Shown here: one piece after another, positions 8,822-17,904 of the stretch
Position numbering within the stretch: position 1 is the first letter of the stretch
How the letters are laid out: every line of letters begins with the position of its first letter
From: Hespellia sp.
Lineage (GTDB): Bacteria > Bacillota > Clostridia > Lachnospirales > Lachnospiraceae
Direction of reading: 5' to 3'
Length of the DNA: 64,000 nt
Assembly (NCBI GenBank): GCA_028689735.1
Contig: JAQVCP010000007.1
Coordinates: 20,962 to 84,961 of the forward strand
The notes under the pieces: model-generated
Databases searched by the model: none
What the model was told of the DNA's origin: nothing
The model's input: the letters and a program-made list of their open reading frames with translations, nothing else
Translations under genes and position numbers: made by a program

Positions 8822-9119
8822 TACTTTCCCCGGCCAACAGACTGATCCAGCGTTTTTGAAATAACAGGCTGGAAACATCCTAGCCCTGCAGCATAATGTA
8901 TCCCATTGTAAAGGGAAGGCTGCCGCACATCAAACCCAAGATCACTTCCCATTAAAATTAAAATTCCCATGAACAGTACGACCCCGACGATACTGTTTTC
9001 CGTTCCGCACAATCTATTATTTTTTCTGTTCTCAGATACTTTCTCGCAGATCGTTTATTTACTTACACCGAATCGTAAAATGTAAAAGTGCTGCACCACC
9101 AGATTACGGTTAAATGCAT
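8803..9119 (-). pseudogene. Possible decayed third gene of the ABC exporter operon
   Basis: RBS GGAGG and ATG at 9119 with an early stop; a hydrophobic fragment continues at 8803-9012. Confidence 0.3.
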
Positions 9120-9142
9120 GTCTTACCTCCACTGCATGAATC

Positions 9143-10744
9143 TTAAGTATCTCTCTGCGGAAAAGAGCACACGCTTCGATAGAACAGCGCACTCATCAGA
9201 CCTAAGACCGTCGCAAAAAGAACCATTACAATCCTCCCGTCTATCAGCGTGCTCAGGAAAAAGACCGCCACCGCCAGTGCCATTTCCAGCAGCATATTCA
9301 CGAAAATTCCAAGCATGGATGCCACCCCCTGTTTGATAATCTCAACTTCATTTTCCCACCCGAAATTTGCAAATCGCTTTCCGACCCACATTCCGAAAGT
9401 CGTTGAAAATGCGATTGCTGCAAAAAGCACAATAAAATACAGCAGTATCATCCCAATATTTAATTTCAGCGAAATTGCAAAACAGATATTACAGATAAGA
9501 GCCGCCGGAACAAGAAGCAACAGGTTAAACGCCATCTTGCTTTTAAAAATCATGCTTTCCGCAATTGGAAGACTCTTCATAATCCATAGATTTTTCCCTT
9601 CCAGTGACCAGGATACAGAAGTCGTACAGGTCATAGTAAGCATCATCGCGATTGCAAATGGAGCCGCATAAAAAAATCCCTGCTGCATCCCGCCGATTTC
9701 CATACTCGCCAGCACTTTGTCTATTCCAATGAACACACAGATAACAGAACCGCTAACCGCCAGAAGCATGCCCATCCCAACATTCGTCAGATAGATAACG
9801 GAGGACGTAAACCGTTTCCATTCTTTCCGGACCAATGCGTACATCATCGAACGCGGCTGCATCTTACTCACTTTATAATTTGAACGACTGCTGCCCGTCA
9901 TCAGCGCTGTATTGATGGCTTTGTATTTGACAGCTACAATTGATACAAACAATACATATATACCAAATGACAACAGCAGGAACAGCAGCAGATAAAGCAC
10001 ACTGCTCTCATTCACGGCCCGATCGAATATCACAGACACCGGATACAGCTTATGAATCTGTGCCTCCAGTAATTTCCCCTGATCTTCCATTTTCCGGAAA
10101 AATTCCGCATTACTCCCGGCACCGTTAAAAATAAAGTTCAGACTGAATACCGCTGTAAGGAGAAGAAGCGTCAGCACCACCTGCACAAAGACCTTGAACC
10201 GGAACCTGGACCCAATGGCTGCAATCAATGCTCCGGCAAATGCAGCCAGTGACATCGGAATCAGTGGCGCAAAGCACGCTCCGATCAGCCAGATCAGCCA
10301 GGTCAGAGCCCCCGGTCTCTCCCAGATTGCATAACCGGCACACATCGGAATCATCACACACAGACTGAAAATCAGATTGTTGATATACATATAAAGAAAC
10401 TTTGCCGTAATCACCGTCTTCGTTGACACCGGAAGTGCCATCACCATATCATAATCCTTAAACGCAAACAGAAATCCGTTCGTTTTCACAAAGGTGAACA
10501 CAAGTGCAATGATGGAACTGATTGCCAGCGAATATCCCGGGAGCACATACGCCATCTTCAGATATCCGTACCCATACGCAACTGCAAAGCTGTATCCCAC
10601 CATCATGACAAAGACGATTGCCATCCCCGCATAAACACCCATCATGCGGTGTTTTTTCTTTGTGTCTGTCTCGTGACGAAGCACATTCAGCGATGACTGA
10701 TTCTTATATTGCGCCAAAAGCAGCGTGAACAGTTTACCTGGCAT
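9143..10744 (-). CDS. ABC-2 type exporter permease (large, multi-TM)
   Basis: KDYDMVMALPV, ALVRKEWKRF and SLEGKNLWIMKSLPI motifs; more than 10 TM segments; overlaps the ATPase stop. Confidence 0.85.
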   Translation of the reverse strand: MPGKLFTLLLAQYKNQSSLNVLRHETDTKKKHRMMGVYAGMAIVFVMMVGYSFAVAYGYGYLKMAYVLPGYSLAISSIIALVFTFVKTNGFLFAFKDYDMVMALPVSTKTVITAKFLYMYINNLIFSLCVMIPMCAGYAIWERPGALTWLIWLIGACFAPLIPMSLAAFAGALIAAIGSRFRFKVFVQVVLTLLLLTAVFSLNFIFNGAGSNAEFFRKMEDQGKLLEAQIHKLYPVSVIFDRAVNESSVLYLLLFLLLSFGIYVLFVSIVAVKYKAINTALMTGSSRSNYKVSKMQPRSMMYALVRKEWKRFTSSVIYLTNVGMGMLLAVSGSVICVFIGIDKVLASMEIGGMQQGFFYAAPFAIAMMLTMTCTTSVSWSLEGKNLWIMKSLPIAESMIFKSKMAFNLLLLVPAALICNICFAISLKLNIGMILLYFIVLFAAIAFSTTFGMWVGKRFANFGWENEVEIIKQGVASMLGIFVNMLLEMALAVAVFFLSTLIDGRIVMVLFATVLGLMSALFYRSVCSFPQRDT

Positions 10745-11450
10745 CTTCCACCACCTCCATAAAAACATCCTCCAGAGTCTGGTCCTTGATCAGCTCTTCC
10801 ATGGTACCTGCCGCAACGATTTTCCCCTGCTTGATGATGGCAATCTTGTTGCACAGTTTCTGCGCGACCTCCAGCACATGCGTTGAGAAGAAAATACAGC
10901 TGCCTCTTGCACAGAGCTCTCTCATCACATTCTTCAGATCCAGCGCCGCCTTCGGATCCAGCCCCACAAACGGTTCGTCAAGCACCATCAGCTTCGGCTC
11001 ATGGATCAGTGCTGAGATAATTGCCACCTTCTGCTTCATCCCGTGCGAATACGAGGAAATCAAATCTCCAAGTGCCGATGTGATTTCAAATAAATCGCCA
11101 TACTTTTTAATCCGTTCCTCCCGGACCTGCCCGTCAATTCCGAAAATGTCTGCAACAAAATTCAGATACTGGATTCCGGTCAGATGCTCATACAGATCCG
11201 GATTGTCTGGAATATATGCCGTCACCTTCTTGCATGCCATCGGTTCCGTCTTTACCGAGTGGCCGTCGATTCGGATATCTCCTTCCTCGAACTCGAGCAC
11301 TCCCACAATTGCCCGGATTGTCGTACTCTTTCCTGCACCGTTATGTCCGATAAAGCCGTAGATATCACCATCCTCAACGGTCAGATCAATATGATCTGCC
11401 GCACGTTTCCCCTTCTGATATGTCTTTGAAAAATTCCTGATTTCCAGCAT
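10734..11450 (-). CDS. ABC exporter ATP-binding protein
   Basis: GHNGAGKST, YSHGMKQK, LDEPFVGLDP. Confidence 0.95.
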   Translation of the reverse strand: MLEIRNFSKTYQKGKRAADHIDLTVEDGDIYGFIGHNGAGKSTTIRAIVGVLEFEEGDIRIDGHSVKTEPMACKKVTAYIPDNPDLYEHLTGIQYLNFVADIFGIDGQVREERIKKYGDLFEITSALGDLISSYSHGMKQKVAIISALIHEPKLMVLDEPFVGLDPKAALDLKNVMRELCARGSCIFFSTHVLEVAQKLCNKIAIIKQGKIVAAGTMEELIKDQTLEDVFMEVVEDAR

Positions 11451-11526
11451 CGCAACTGCCTCCCTGATTTTTATTTCGCTTTACTCAGCTTTCCGCCTTC
11501 ATTTTTGCAGATGTAAACGCAAAACA

Positions 11527-11577
11527 CCTCTATTGCATTTTCACTATACCTTTTCGGTTGCGGAAATGCAATAGAGG
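11527..11577 (-). promoter_or_regulatory. Promoter embedded in a 14-bp inverted repeat
   Basis: Arms CCTCTATTGCATTT / AAATGCAATAGAGG; minus strand TTGCAT-N17-TATAGT points into the ABC exporter. Confidence 0.5.
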
Positions 11578-11670
11578 CGTGGTTGATTTTATCCCGATCT
11601 GTTAACTGTGATGCAACTGTTTGTTCGTGAGCGTCCGGCACATATCAGGCACTCCAGCCCTTTATGCGCG

Positions 11671-11705
11671 TATGGATATGTCGAAGAAATTGTTGCTCCA
11701 GATGG
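11671..11705 (+). pseudogene. Second remnant of the pyrophosphatase-like gene
   Basis: Encodes YGYVEEIVAPDG; 32/35 nt identical to 8313-8347. Confidence 0.7.
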
Positions 11706-11869
11706 TGAAAAGCGTCAACCAATACAGGGTATTATGAAACATAACAGGTATCTTTCATAATCGTACTTGTGCTGATAACATATCAGAGTTATTATAAATA
11801 CAGTTCAGAAAAATGAACTGTATTATTTTTTGAACCGTAACAATAATTATGGTGCAATATGGAGGGTTT

Positions 11870-12226
11870 ATGAAAAGAGAACGATTTGAGTTTTTTGTCT
11901 TAACAATAACTATTTTTTGTGTAGGTGCTTTGTTGTATGGCTGTTTAGGAGCATCGCTGATATCTTCCGGAAATTCTTTTTTGAATATTCAAAGTCCTAT
12001 CGTGTCTTGTATCATTGCATCTGTTTTTGGTGGATATTTTTTGTTTGGTATTTTGTCAGGTGTCATTTTTACGGCAAAATGGCTCTCCAAGAAAACGTTA
12101 AAAATGAAAGTAGTATTTACAATATTCTTTTGCATACCAGTTTGGCTTGCTTTGGCAGGAATTTTCTATAGCATTCCTTATGGGATTTATAATGTTATTC
12201 AATATAAAAAGGTAAATGAGAATTGA
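11870..12226 (+). CDS. Small membrane protein, hypothetical
   Basis: RBS GGAGG, 3-4 TM helices. Confidence 0.75.
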   Translation: MKRERFEFFVLTITIFCVGALLYGCLGASLISSGNSFLNIQSPIVSCIIASVFGGYFLFGILSGVIFTAKWLSKKTLKMKVVFTIFFCIPVWLALAGIFYSIPYGIYNVIQYKKVNEN

Positions 12227-12247
12227 CCGGGCTGAAAGCGAGGGATG

Positions 12248-12350
12248 CTTCTTGAACGAAGTTCAAGAAGATGGAGATTTAGATAACTTGGAATTGAACA
12301 AAATCGCTGCGCGATGGCCTGTCAAGGCTGTGGTGCAGCGATTTTGTTCA
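12248..12350. repeat. Two adjacent perfect inverted repeats
   Basis: CTTCTTGAAC-GAA-GTTCAAGAAG (12248-12270) and TGAACAAAATCGCTGC...GCAGCGATTTTGTTCA (12295-12350). Confidence 0.85.
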
Positions 12351-12507
12351 CTCGAAAAATTATTGAATACACAATACTGATTAAAAACTGAATATTTATG
12401 AAGGGTAATTGTGACGATCAAAAATAGACATATCACAACAAAACAAGTATAATGATTGTATCAATGTTGGTTAAACCAATCTTGAATTTGCAAAGGAGGC
12501 ATGTAAT

Positions 12508-12822
12508 ATGTTACTAATTTTATTTGACTTGATGATGGCATTAATTATGTTCTTGATAGGACTATTCTTTTACAAATCCAAAGGGAAAGCGGTTAATTTG
12601 TTAACTGGTTATAATATGAAGGCGGATGACGAACGACAAAAATACAACGAACCAGAAATGTGTATAAATTATGGCATAAGACTTATGATTATGGCAATCC
12701 CTTTTTTAATCGGAGCGATTCTTGATTACTTTTCATCTGGAATGGGTTGTATGTTTGCATGGATTATTTTGACAATTCTTTTGATTTTGCTTGTTAAAAA
12801 AAGAATAAAAATAGAAAAATAA
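12508..12822 (+). CDS. DUF3784-like small membrane protein
   Basis: KAVNLLTGYN...YNEPEMC pattern with three TM helices; RBS AAAGGAGG. Confidence 0.7.
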   Translation: MLLILFDLMMALIMFLIGLFFYKSKGKAVNLLTGYNMKADDERQKYNEPEMCINYGIRLMIMAIPFLIGAILDYFSSGMGCMFAWIILTILLILLVKKRIKIEK

Positions 12823-12880
12823 TGATATGAACAATCCAGTTTATAGGAATGAACAATTTGGAAGCTGTGGGAGAAAGAAA

Positions 12881-13240
12881 ATGAAAAATATAAATAGAGT
12901 TGAAGTAGATGAAAAATGGGCAGATGCGACAATTATTGAAGCAGGCGATTATGTGTTTGTGGGGTATTGTATGGAAAATGAGGGACAACCAATTGAAAAG
13001 CAGATGCATGGTGCTTTTAATATTTTGGAAAATCGCTTAAAGAAAATCGGATTAACATTGGACTCCGTTGTAAAAATGGATTGTCTGTTTAAAGATATTG
13101 AAGATTTGGATGTATTGCCGAGTGTTATCAAAGAAAGATTTAGTGGAGGATATCCAACAAGAAAAGCATATGAAACAAAATTTATTCGAGAGGGAATAGC
13201 CTTCCAAATTGATGCAATAGCATACAAAGGATTTAGATGA
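12881..13240 (+). CDS. RidA (YjgF/YER057c/UK114) family protein
   Basis: AGDYVFV, GLTLDSVVK, YPTRKA, FQIDAIAY. Confidence 0.85.
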   Translation: MKNINRVEVDEKWADATIIEAGDYVFVGYCMENEGQPIEKQMHGAFNILENRLKKIGLTLDSVVKMDCLFKDIEDLDVLPSVIKERFSGGYPTRKAYETKFIREGIAFQIDAIAYKGFR

Positions 13241-13277
13241 CTTACAGTTTTGCAGAGAAGAATTTATGGGAGATGGA

Positions 13278-13736
13278 ATGGAAATATTTTGTTTAAATGG
13301 TTATCAGAACGAGAAAATAGAATTAGAAATTATTGATGTATTGGGTTTCCCAGAAAAAACAAGCTACGAGGGAGGGTATGACATTATTTGTCGCTTGTTG
13401 ATACAGATGGGAAGCTATCATATAATTTTCGATAAGCTATATTCTGCAACTGGAGCATTATATAGATTTTCAGATGAGTTAAAAAGATGTTACGCTAAAT
13501 TGGACGGGAAAGCGAAATATAACCTTTTACTTGAAAATGATTTATCTTTTGAAGTTGAAATGGTAGGCTCTGGACATGCTGTTGTAACTGGTAGTTTCCA
13601 AGAAAGACCTGACAAGGAAAATGTATTCTCGTTTGAAATGGAAACTGACCAATCATGTTTTCCATTGGTTTTTCAAGGAATTGATGCACTCAAGGACATA
13701 TATGGAGATGAAATGGGAATCAGAAAACCTCTTTGA
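13278..13736 (+). CDS. Hypothetical protein, possibly WapI-like immunity protein
   Basis: Intact 152-aa ORF with RBS; beta-rich, ends FEMETDQSCF; immunity similarity is recall only. Confidence 0.55.
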   Translation: MEIFCLNGYQNEKIELEIIDVLGFPEKTSYEGGYDIICRLLIQMGSYHIIFDKLYSATGALYRFSDELKRCYAKLDGKAKYNLLLENDLSFEVEMVGSGHAVVTGSFQERPDKENVFSFEMETDQSCFPLVFQGIDALKDIYGDEMGIRKPL

Positions 13737-13754
13737 TAACAGGAGTTACAATTA

Positions 13755-13776
13755 CAGTTTGCATTGCGGAAAATTT
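13755..13776 (+). repeat. 22-bp intergenic junction repeat, copy 2
   Basis: Exact match to 8397-8418. Confidence 0.9.
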
Positions 13777-13797
13777 GAATTTGAGAAGGATATAAAA

Positions 13798-14127
13798 ATG
13801 GATGAAAGAATTATTGGTTTTATTGCTTGGGCAATTATAGGATGTTTTATAATTGGGCTTGGTATTAGTGCTTTTTTTAGGAAGAAAGCAGTTGATTTTT
13901 GGGCAAATGTTAAAGTAGAACCCATGAATGACATTAGAAAATATAATTACGCATTAGGAAAATTACTTATCGTATATGGTGTGATATTCAATATATTAGG
14001 AATACCTTTACTTAGTGGACAAAATTCCCCTCTTATTTTATTGTCAGTATTGGGAATAATGATTGAAACAATTGTTACAATGGTATTTTATACACAAATG
14101 ATTGCTAAGAAATATAGAGCGAATTAG
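13798..14127 (+). CDS. Small three-TM membrane protein (DUF3784-like)
   Basis: RBS GAAGGA; AVDFWAN...DIRKYNYALGKL. Confidence 0.7.
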   Translation: MDERIIGFIAWAIIGCFIIGLGISAFFRKKAVDFWANVKVEPMNDIRKYNYALGKLLIVYGVIFNILGIPLLSGQNSPLILLSVLGIMIETIVTMVFYTQMIAKKYRAN

Positions 14128-14209
14128 ACAAATTCAGTTATAATTTGTAAAGCAGATGAATAGTGAATTGCCAATATAGACTACATCGAAAGCCAAGCCA
14201 AAGTAAAAC

Positions 14210-14272
14210 CAGACAAGCCAGTCAACAGGCAAGATAAACGGCACTTTGTGCCGCCCCTGACAGGCTTGTCTG
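14210..14272. repeat. Branched palindromic element (REP/attC-like)
   Basis: Outer arms CAGACAAGCCAGTCA / TGACAGGCTTGTCTG (14/15); inner CGGCAC-TTT-GTGCCG. Confidence 0.75.
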
Positions 14273-14325
14273 TCTTTGCTGATAGGTGATCAAGGGACTT
14301 ATTTTACAGCCCATTTTCCACCTCT

Positions 14326-15477
14326 TTATTTTCCTTGCACTGCTTCGGCTTCTATATACTTGCTCCTCACATCCTCAGCAATCTTTTCCTGAATTTTCTG
14401 TTCCAATCGGTCCGTCCAGTTTTCATTTACATCAGATTGTATGATCAATTCTTCTTCATCTACCGGTATCTTTCCGTGTTTCTCCGGTGTTAAGATGTGG
14501 TTAGAATACTCCAGGAACAGTATATACTGTTCCTCATCCTTCATTCTTAAATACCCTTTAAAATAGCCTGTATCCTCAGAATACTGATAATATTTCATCT
14601 GCATGTTTTCCGATACAGAGATTGTATCCTGCTCTTTCACTGATAAGTCTGTACAATCTTTATATATCTGTTGAATCTGAAACTCCGCCTCTGAATGTAT
14701 GATAAATCCATCCGCTGTCGGCTCCGACATCACTGGATTTGCACCCTCGTCATATGGCAGACAAATACCAGAAACAATGATATCTGCCTGACTTTCCAAG
14801 TCTCCCATTGTGCGATTGCCAAGTTCCGCACTTATTTCCACATAACCGACCATTCCGCCAATCGTAAGCATAATGCAGACACCAATTATGCCCCTCACAA
14901 TGTTTCGTTTTGAAATGTAAATTGGAATGTGTTTCACATTTATCCGCAAAAGACCCAACGCACAGAACAAAATCACGCAACCTAAGATCAGGCACCATAG
15001 CAAAGGATTGTCCGACCAGGGACTTATTCTCCCAGCATAAAATATGGATGTGGGGCCATCCACTTTCCCCATAAGGTTGATTACCTGATTTTGAACATAC
15101 AGAGTTCGTGCACAAATGCCAACAATAAAGACAAATGCAATGCCGATGATTGCTGTCAAAATAAGAATCTGTTTCCGCTTCTTTGCCTTTTCCCAGTAAA
15201 AATCGGTTTTCTGCAATGTGTCCGTAATGATTTGATTTGCCTTTTCATTTGTGATTTGCGCTTCCACACTGCGCTCTCCGCTCATGAGTTCCCAAACGCT
15301 CACATCCAGTATGTCTGCTAATGTCTCCAGCAATTTGATATCTGGAAACCCTTTTCCCGTTTCCCATTTCGATATTGCTTTGTCTGTCACATGAATCTGC
15401 TCTGCCAGTTCTTTCTGTGTCATTTTCTTTTCCTTGCGCAGTTTACAGATGAATTTCCCCATCTTAACATTATCCAT
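14326..15477 (-). CDS. XRE-HTH regulator fused to membrane segments and a C-terminal soluble domain
   Basis: MTQKELAEQIHVTDKAISKWETGKGFPD; TM helices; KVDGPTSIFYAG motif; contains repeat 14891-14926. Confidence 0.8.
   Translation of the reverse strand: MDNVKMGKFICKLRKEKKMTQKELAEQIHVTDKAISKWETGKGFPDIKLLETLADILDVSVWELMSGERSVEAQITNEKANQIITDTLQKTDFYWEKAKKRKQILILTAIIGIAFVFIVGICARTLYVQNQVINLMGKVDGPTSIFYAGRISPWSDNPLLWCLILGCVILFCALGLLRINVKHIPIYISKRNIVRGIIGVCIMLTIGGMVGYVEISAELGNRTMGDLESQADIIVSGICLPYDEGANPVMSEPTADGFIIHSEAEFQIQQIYKDCTDLSVKEQDTISVSENMQMKYYQYSEDTGYFKGYLRMKDEEQYILFLEYSNHILTPEKHGKIPVDEEELIIQSDVNENWTDRLEQKIQEKIAEDVRSKYIEAEAVQGK
14891..14926 (+). repeat. 36-bp dispersed repeat, copy 2, inside a CDS
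   Basis: 35/36 identical to 7986-8021; read on the minus strand within the peptide KHIPIYISKRNIVRG. Confidence 0.9.
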
Positions 15478-15680
15478 ACTCCCCCTCCTGTCACTACTTT
15501 CTGTTACACATATACTTCGTATGAAATATATTTTTCTAATTCAAAAGTAGCACAATCTCCTGTGAAATACACTCTACGAAAAGAAGAACTCTATGATTTT
15601 TTAAAGAAAGCAACTTTCTTCTTTCTTTGTCATCTTTATACTTTTTATCTTTTTCCTTATATTCCATAAAACAGAAAATC

Positions 15681-15705
15681 AGGGGGACGATAGAGCCGTC
15701 CCCCT
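15681..15705 (-). terminator. Terminator of the nucleoside ABC operon
   Basis: AGGGGGACG-N7-CGTCCCCCT 9-bp stem. Confidence 0.65.
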
Positions 15706-15791
15706 GTCCTGATTTCTATTATCTCATATAGAATCGACAAATACTAGTTTTTAAATTTTTCAATTAAATGGATCATTGGAATCTTTCTTTT

Positions 15792-16732
15792 TTATCTCTG
15801 CCCCTTATCATAAGGAATTCCCTCCGCCTTCGGTGCTCTGGAATTCTTAGAGAAGATAGCCAGTACCACCAGCGAGATAATATAAGGCAGCATATTGTAA
15901 AGCGTGCTCGGAAGATGAAGTGAGACTAGTAAATCAAATCCTGAATATACGTTAGATAGTGCTCTAAGCAACCCAAACAGCAACGCTGCAAGGGCAATCA
16001 GATTCGGTTTCCACTGACCAAAAATCATAACAGCCAAAGCAAGGAATCCAAAACCAGCCACACCATTTTCAAATTTCCACTCACTGACACCAGCGGTGAT
16101 AATACGATACCTCCAAGACCACCGAGCATTCCGGAAATCAACACACCTGCATAGCGCATTTTGTACACGTTGATTCCCACAGAATCCGCAGCCTGTGGAT
16201 ACTCGCCACAAGCCATCAGACGAAGCCCGAATTTCGTCTTAAAAAGAACAATTCCTGCACAAATAAGTGCTGCCACAGCGAGTAACATAAACCAGCTCAC
16301 TTCAAACTTTCCGATTTTAACAAGAGAGAAGATCTTTTTCTGCTCTATGTACTGAATCGTCGAGGACACATTGCTGGAATCATTTGCCATATTCATTGCC
16401 TTTACAAATACAGTCGCTGCTGCAGTTCCAAGCAAATTCATTGCAGTACCAGCCAGCGTCTGATCAGCCTTAAAGTTAATAGCTGCCACGGCCAGAAGCA
16501 GAGAGTAGAGCAGTCCAAAAATCATACTTCCTATGATAACTGCCAGTAAGAGCACGCCACTTGGAAGATCTTTCATAAATTTCATGACCAGGGCACCGCC
16601 CAGAGCTCCCATAACCATAATTCCTTCCAATCCCAGGTTGATGACACCACTGTGCTCTGAGAAGCATCCACCCAGCGCCACAAGAAACAGCACGGATGCA
16701 TATATGAATGTGTATTGTAATAGCAGAACCAT
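15792..16732 (-). pseudogene. Nucleoside ABC permease 2 (NupC/YufQ-like), split by a 1-nt frameshift near 16100-16107
   Basis: SEHSGVINLGLEGIM and FGLRLMACGEYPQAADSVG in one frame; ITAGVSEW...GFLALAVMIFGQWKP...LPY in another. Confidence 0.85.
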
Positions 16733-16734
16733 AT

Positions 16735-17901
16735 CTACTCGCCTCCTTTCGCTGCACTTGCAGTTACTTTTGTATTCGCTGCAGCATCAGCATTTACATT
16801 TTTTCCAGGTTTATTCTGAATTCGTTTCTTCATACAAAACTTGAAGAACAATACAAAACTACAGAAGTAAATAATAATCGATGAAATCAAATCTGAAATC
16901 TGCGAACAGTAAACCATCTTATCTACATAAGAACCACCACTGGTGATATGCTGGATAAAGAATGCAGAGAACACACCGCCGATTGGATTTAAACCACCGA
17001 GGAACGCAGCTGCAATTCCGTTAAACCCCATTGCCGGAACCGTTGTCTGTGAACAGGACCACTGCTCGATTCCGCTTAAGTACAAAAAGGAAGCTCCAAG
17101 ACCCGCCAGACATCCTGAGATGACCATGGTCAGAATCATATTTCTCTTTTCTTTCATTCCTGCATATTTTGCGGCATTCTTATTAAGACCCGTCGCTTTT
17201 AATTCATATCCAAGCTTTGTCTTTTCCATGATGACAAAAACCAGCACTGCAATCAGAATTGCAAGTGGAATGGCGATCGTCACATAGCGGTTATTAAAAA
17301 ACAGCTTGTCCAGTCCAAGGTTTGGAATCAGTGCTTTCGGGTTATTCGTGCGAAGAGCACTGGTATAAGTCGTACTGGCATCTTTTACGGTAGTCAGCAG
17401 CATATTGACGCTGTAGAGACTGATCCAGTTGAGCATAATGCAGGCAATAACTTCATTTACATTTAAATAAGCCTTCAAAGCTCCTGCGATTCCTCCGAGA
17501 ATTCCGCCACCGATCATGGCCGCCAGCATACACACATACCATGGCATTCCAAATCCAATGGCAAGATACAGGCTGAGACCTGCACCCACTGCGTACTGAC
17601 CGGATGCTCCAATATTGAACAGACCCACTTTATAGGCAAACATAACGGACAGCGTACACATCAGAAGCGGCGCTGTCTTTGCCAGAGTACTTCCGAAATA
17701 TTCCAGGGCAACTGCCGGTCTTGGAAAATAGAGAAAGTTCTGCAGAATGGCAGTGATTGCATCTGTTGCCCCTGCCGGGTTGATAGCAAGTAACACAATA
17801 TATCCCACCAGAAGTCCAAGGAGGATACAGATGATAGAAGCGACCAGGGTCTGGAATCCATCATTTTCCATCAGGGTCTTTTTTTCTTTTGCTGTATTCA
17901 T
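16735..17901 (-). CDS. Nucleoside ABC permease 1 (NupB/YufP-like)
   Basis: GLFNIGASGQY, LNVNEVI, GYELKATGLN, GFNGIAAAFLG. Confidence 0.9.
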   Translation of the reverse strand: MNTAKEKKTLMENDGFQTLVASIICILLGLLVGYIVLLAINPAGATDAITAILQNFLYFPRPAVALEYFGSTLAKTAPLLMCTLSVMFAYKVGLFNIGASGQYAVGAGLSLYLAIGFGMPWYVCMLAAMIGGGILGGIAGALKAYLNVNEVIACIMLNWISLYSVNMLLTTVKDASTTYTSALRTNNPKALIPNLGLDKLFFNNRYVTIAIPLAILIAVLVFVIMEKTKLGYELKATGLNKNAAKYAGMKEKRNMILTMVISGCLAGLGASFLYLSGIEQWSCSQTTVPAMGFNGIAAAFLGGLNPIGGVFSAFFIQHITSGGSYVDKMVYCSQISDLISSIIIYFCSFVLFFKFCMKKRIQNKPGKNVNADAAANTKVTASAAKGGE

Positions 17902-17904
17902 TTT

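Noticed and set aside
13621-13797. Extended 168-aa version of ORF 13621-14127
   Set aside because: The extension overlaps the preceding gene and crosses the junction motif; the RBS supports a start at 13798
7986-14926. 36-bp repeat as a CRISPR direct repeat
   Set aside because: Only two copies, 6.9 kb apart, one inside a CDS; no regular spacers and no cas genes
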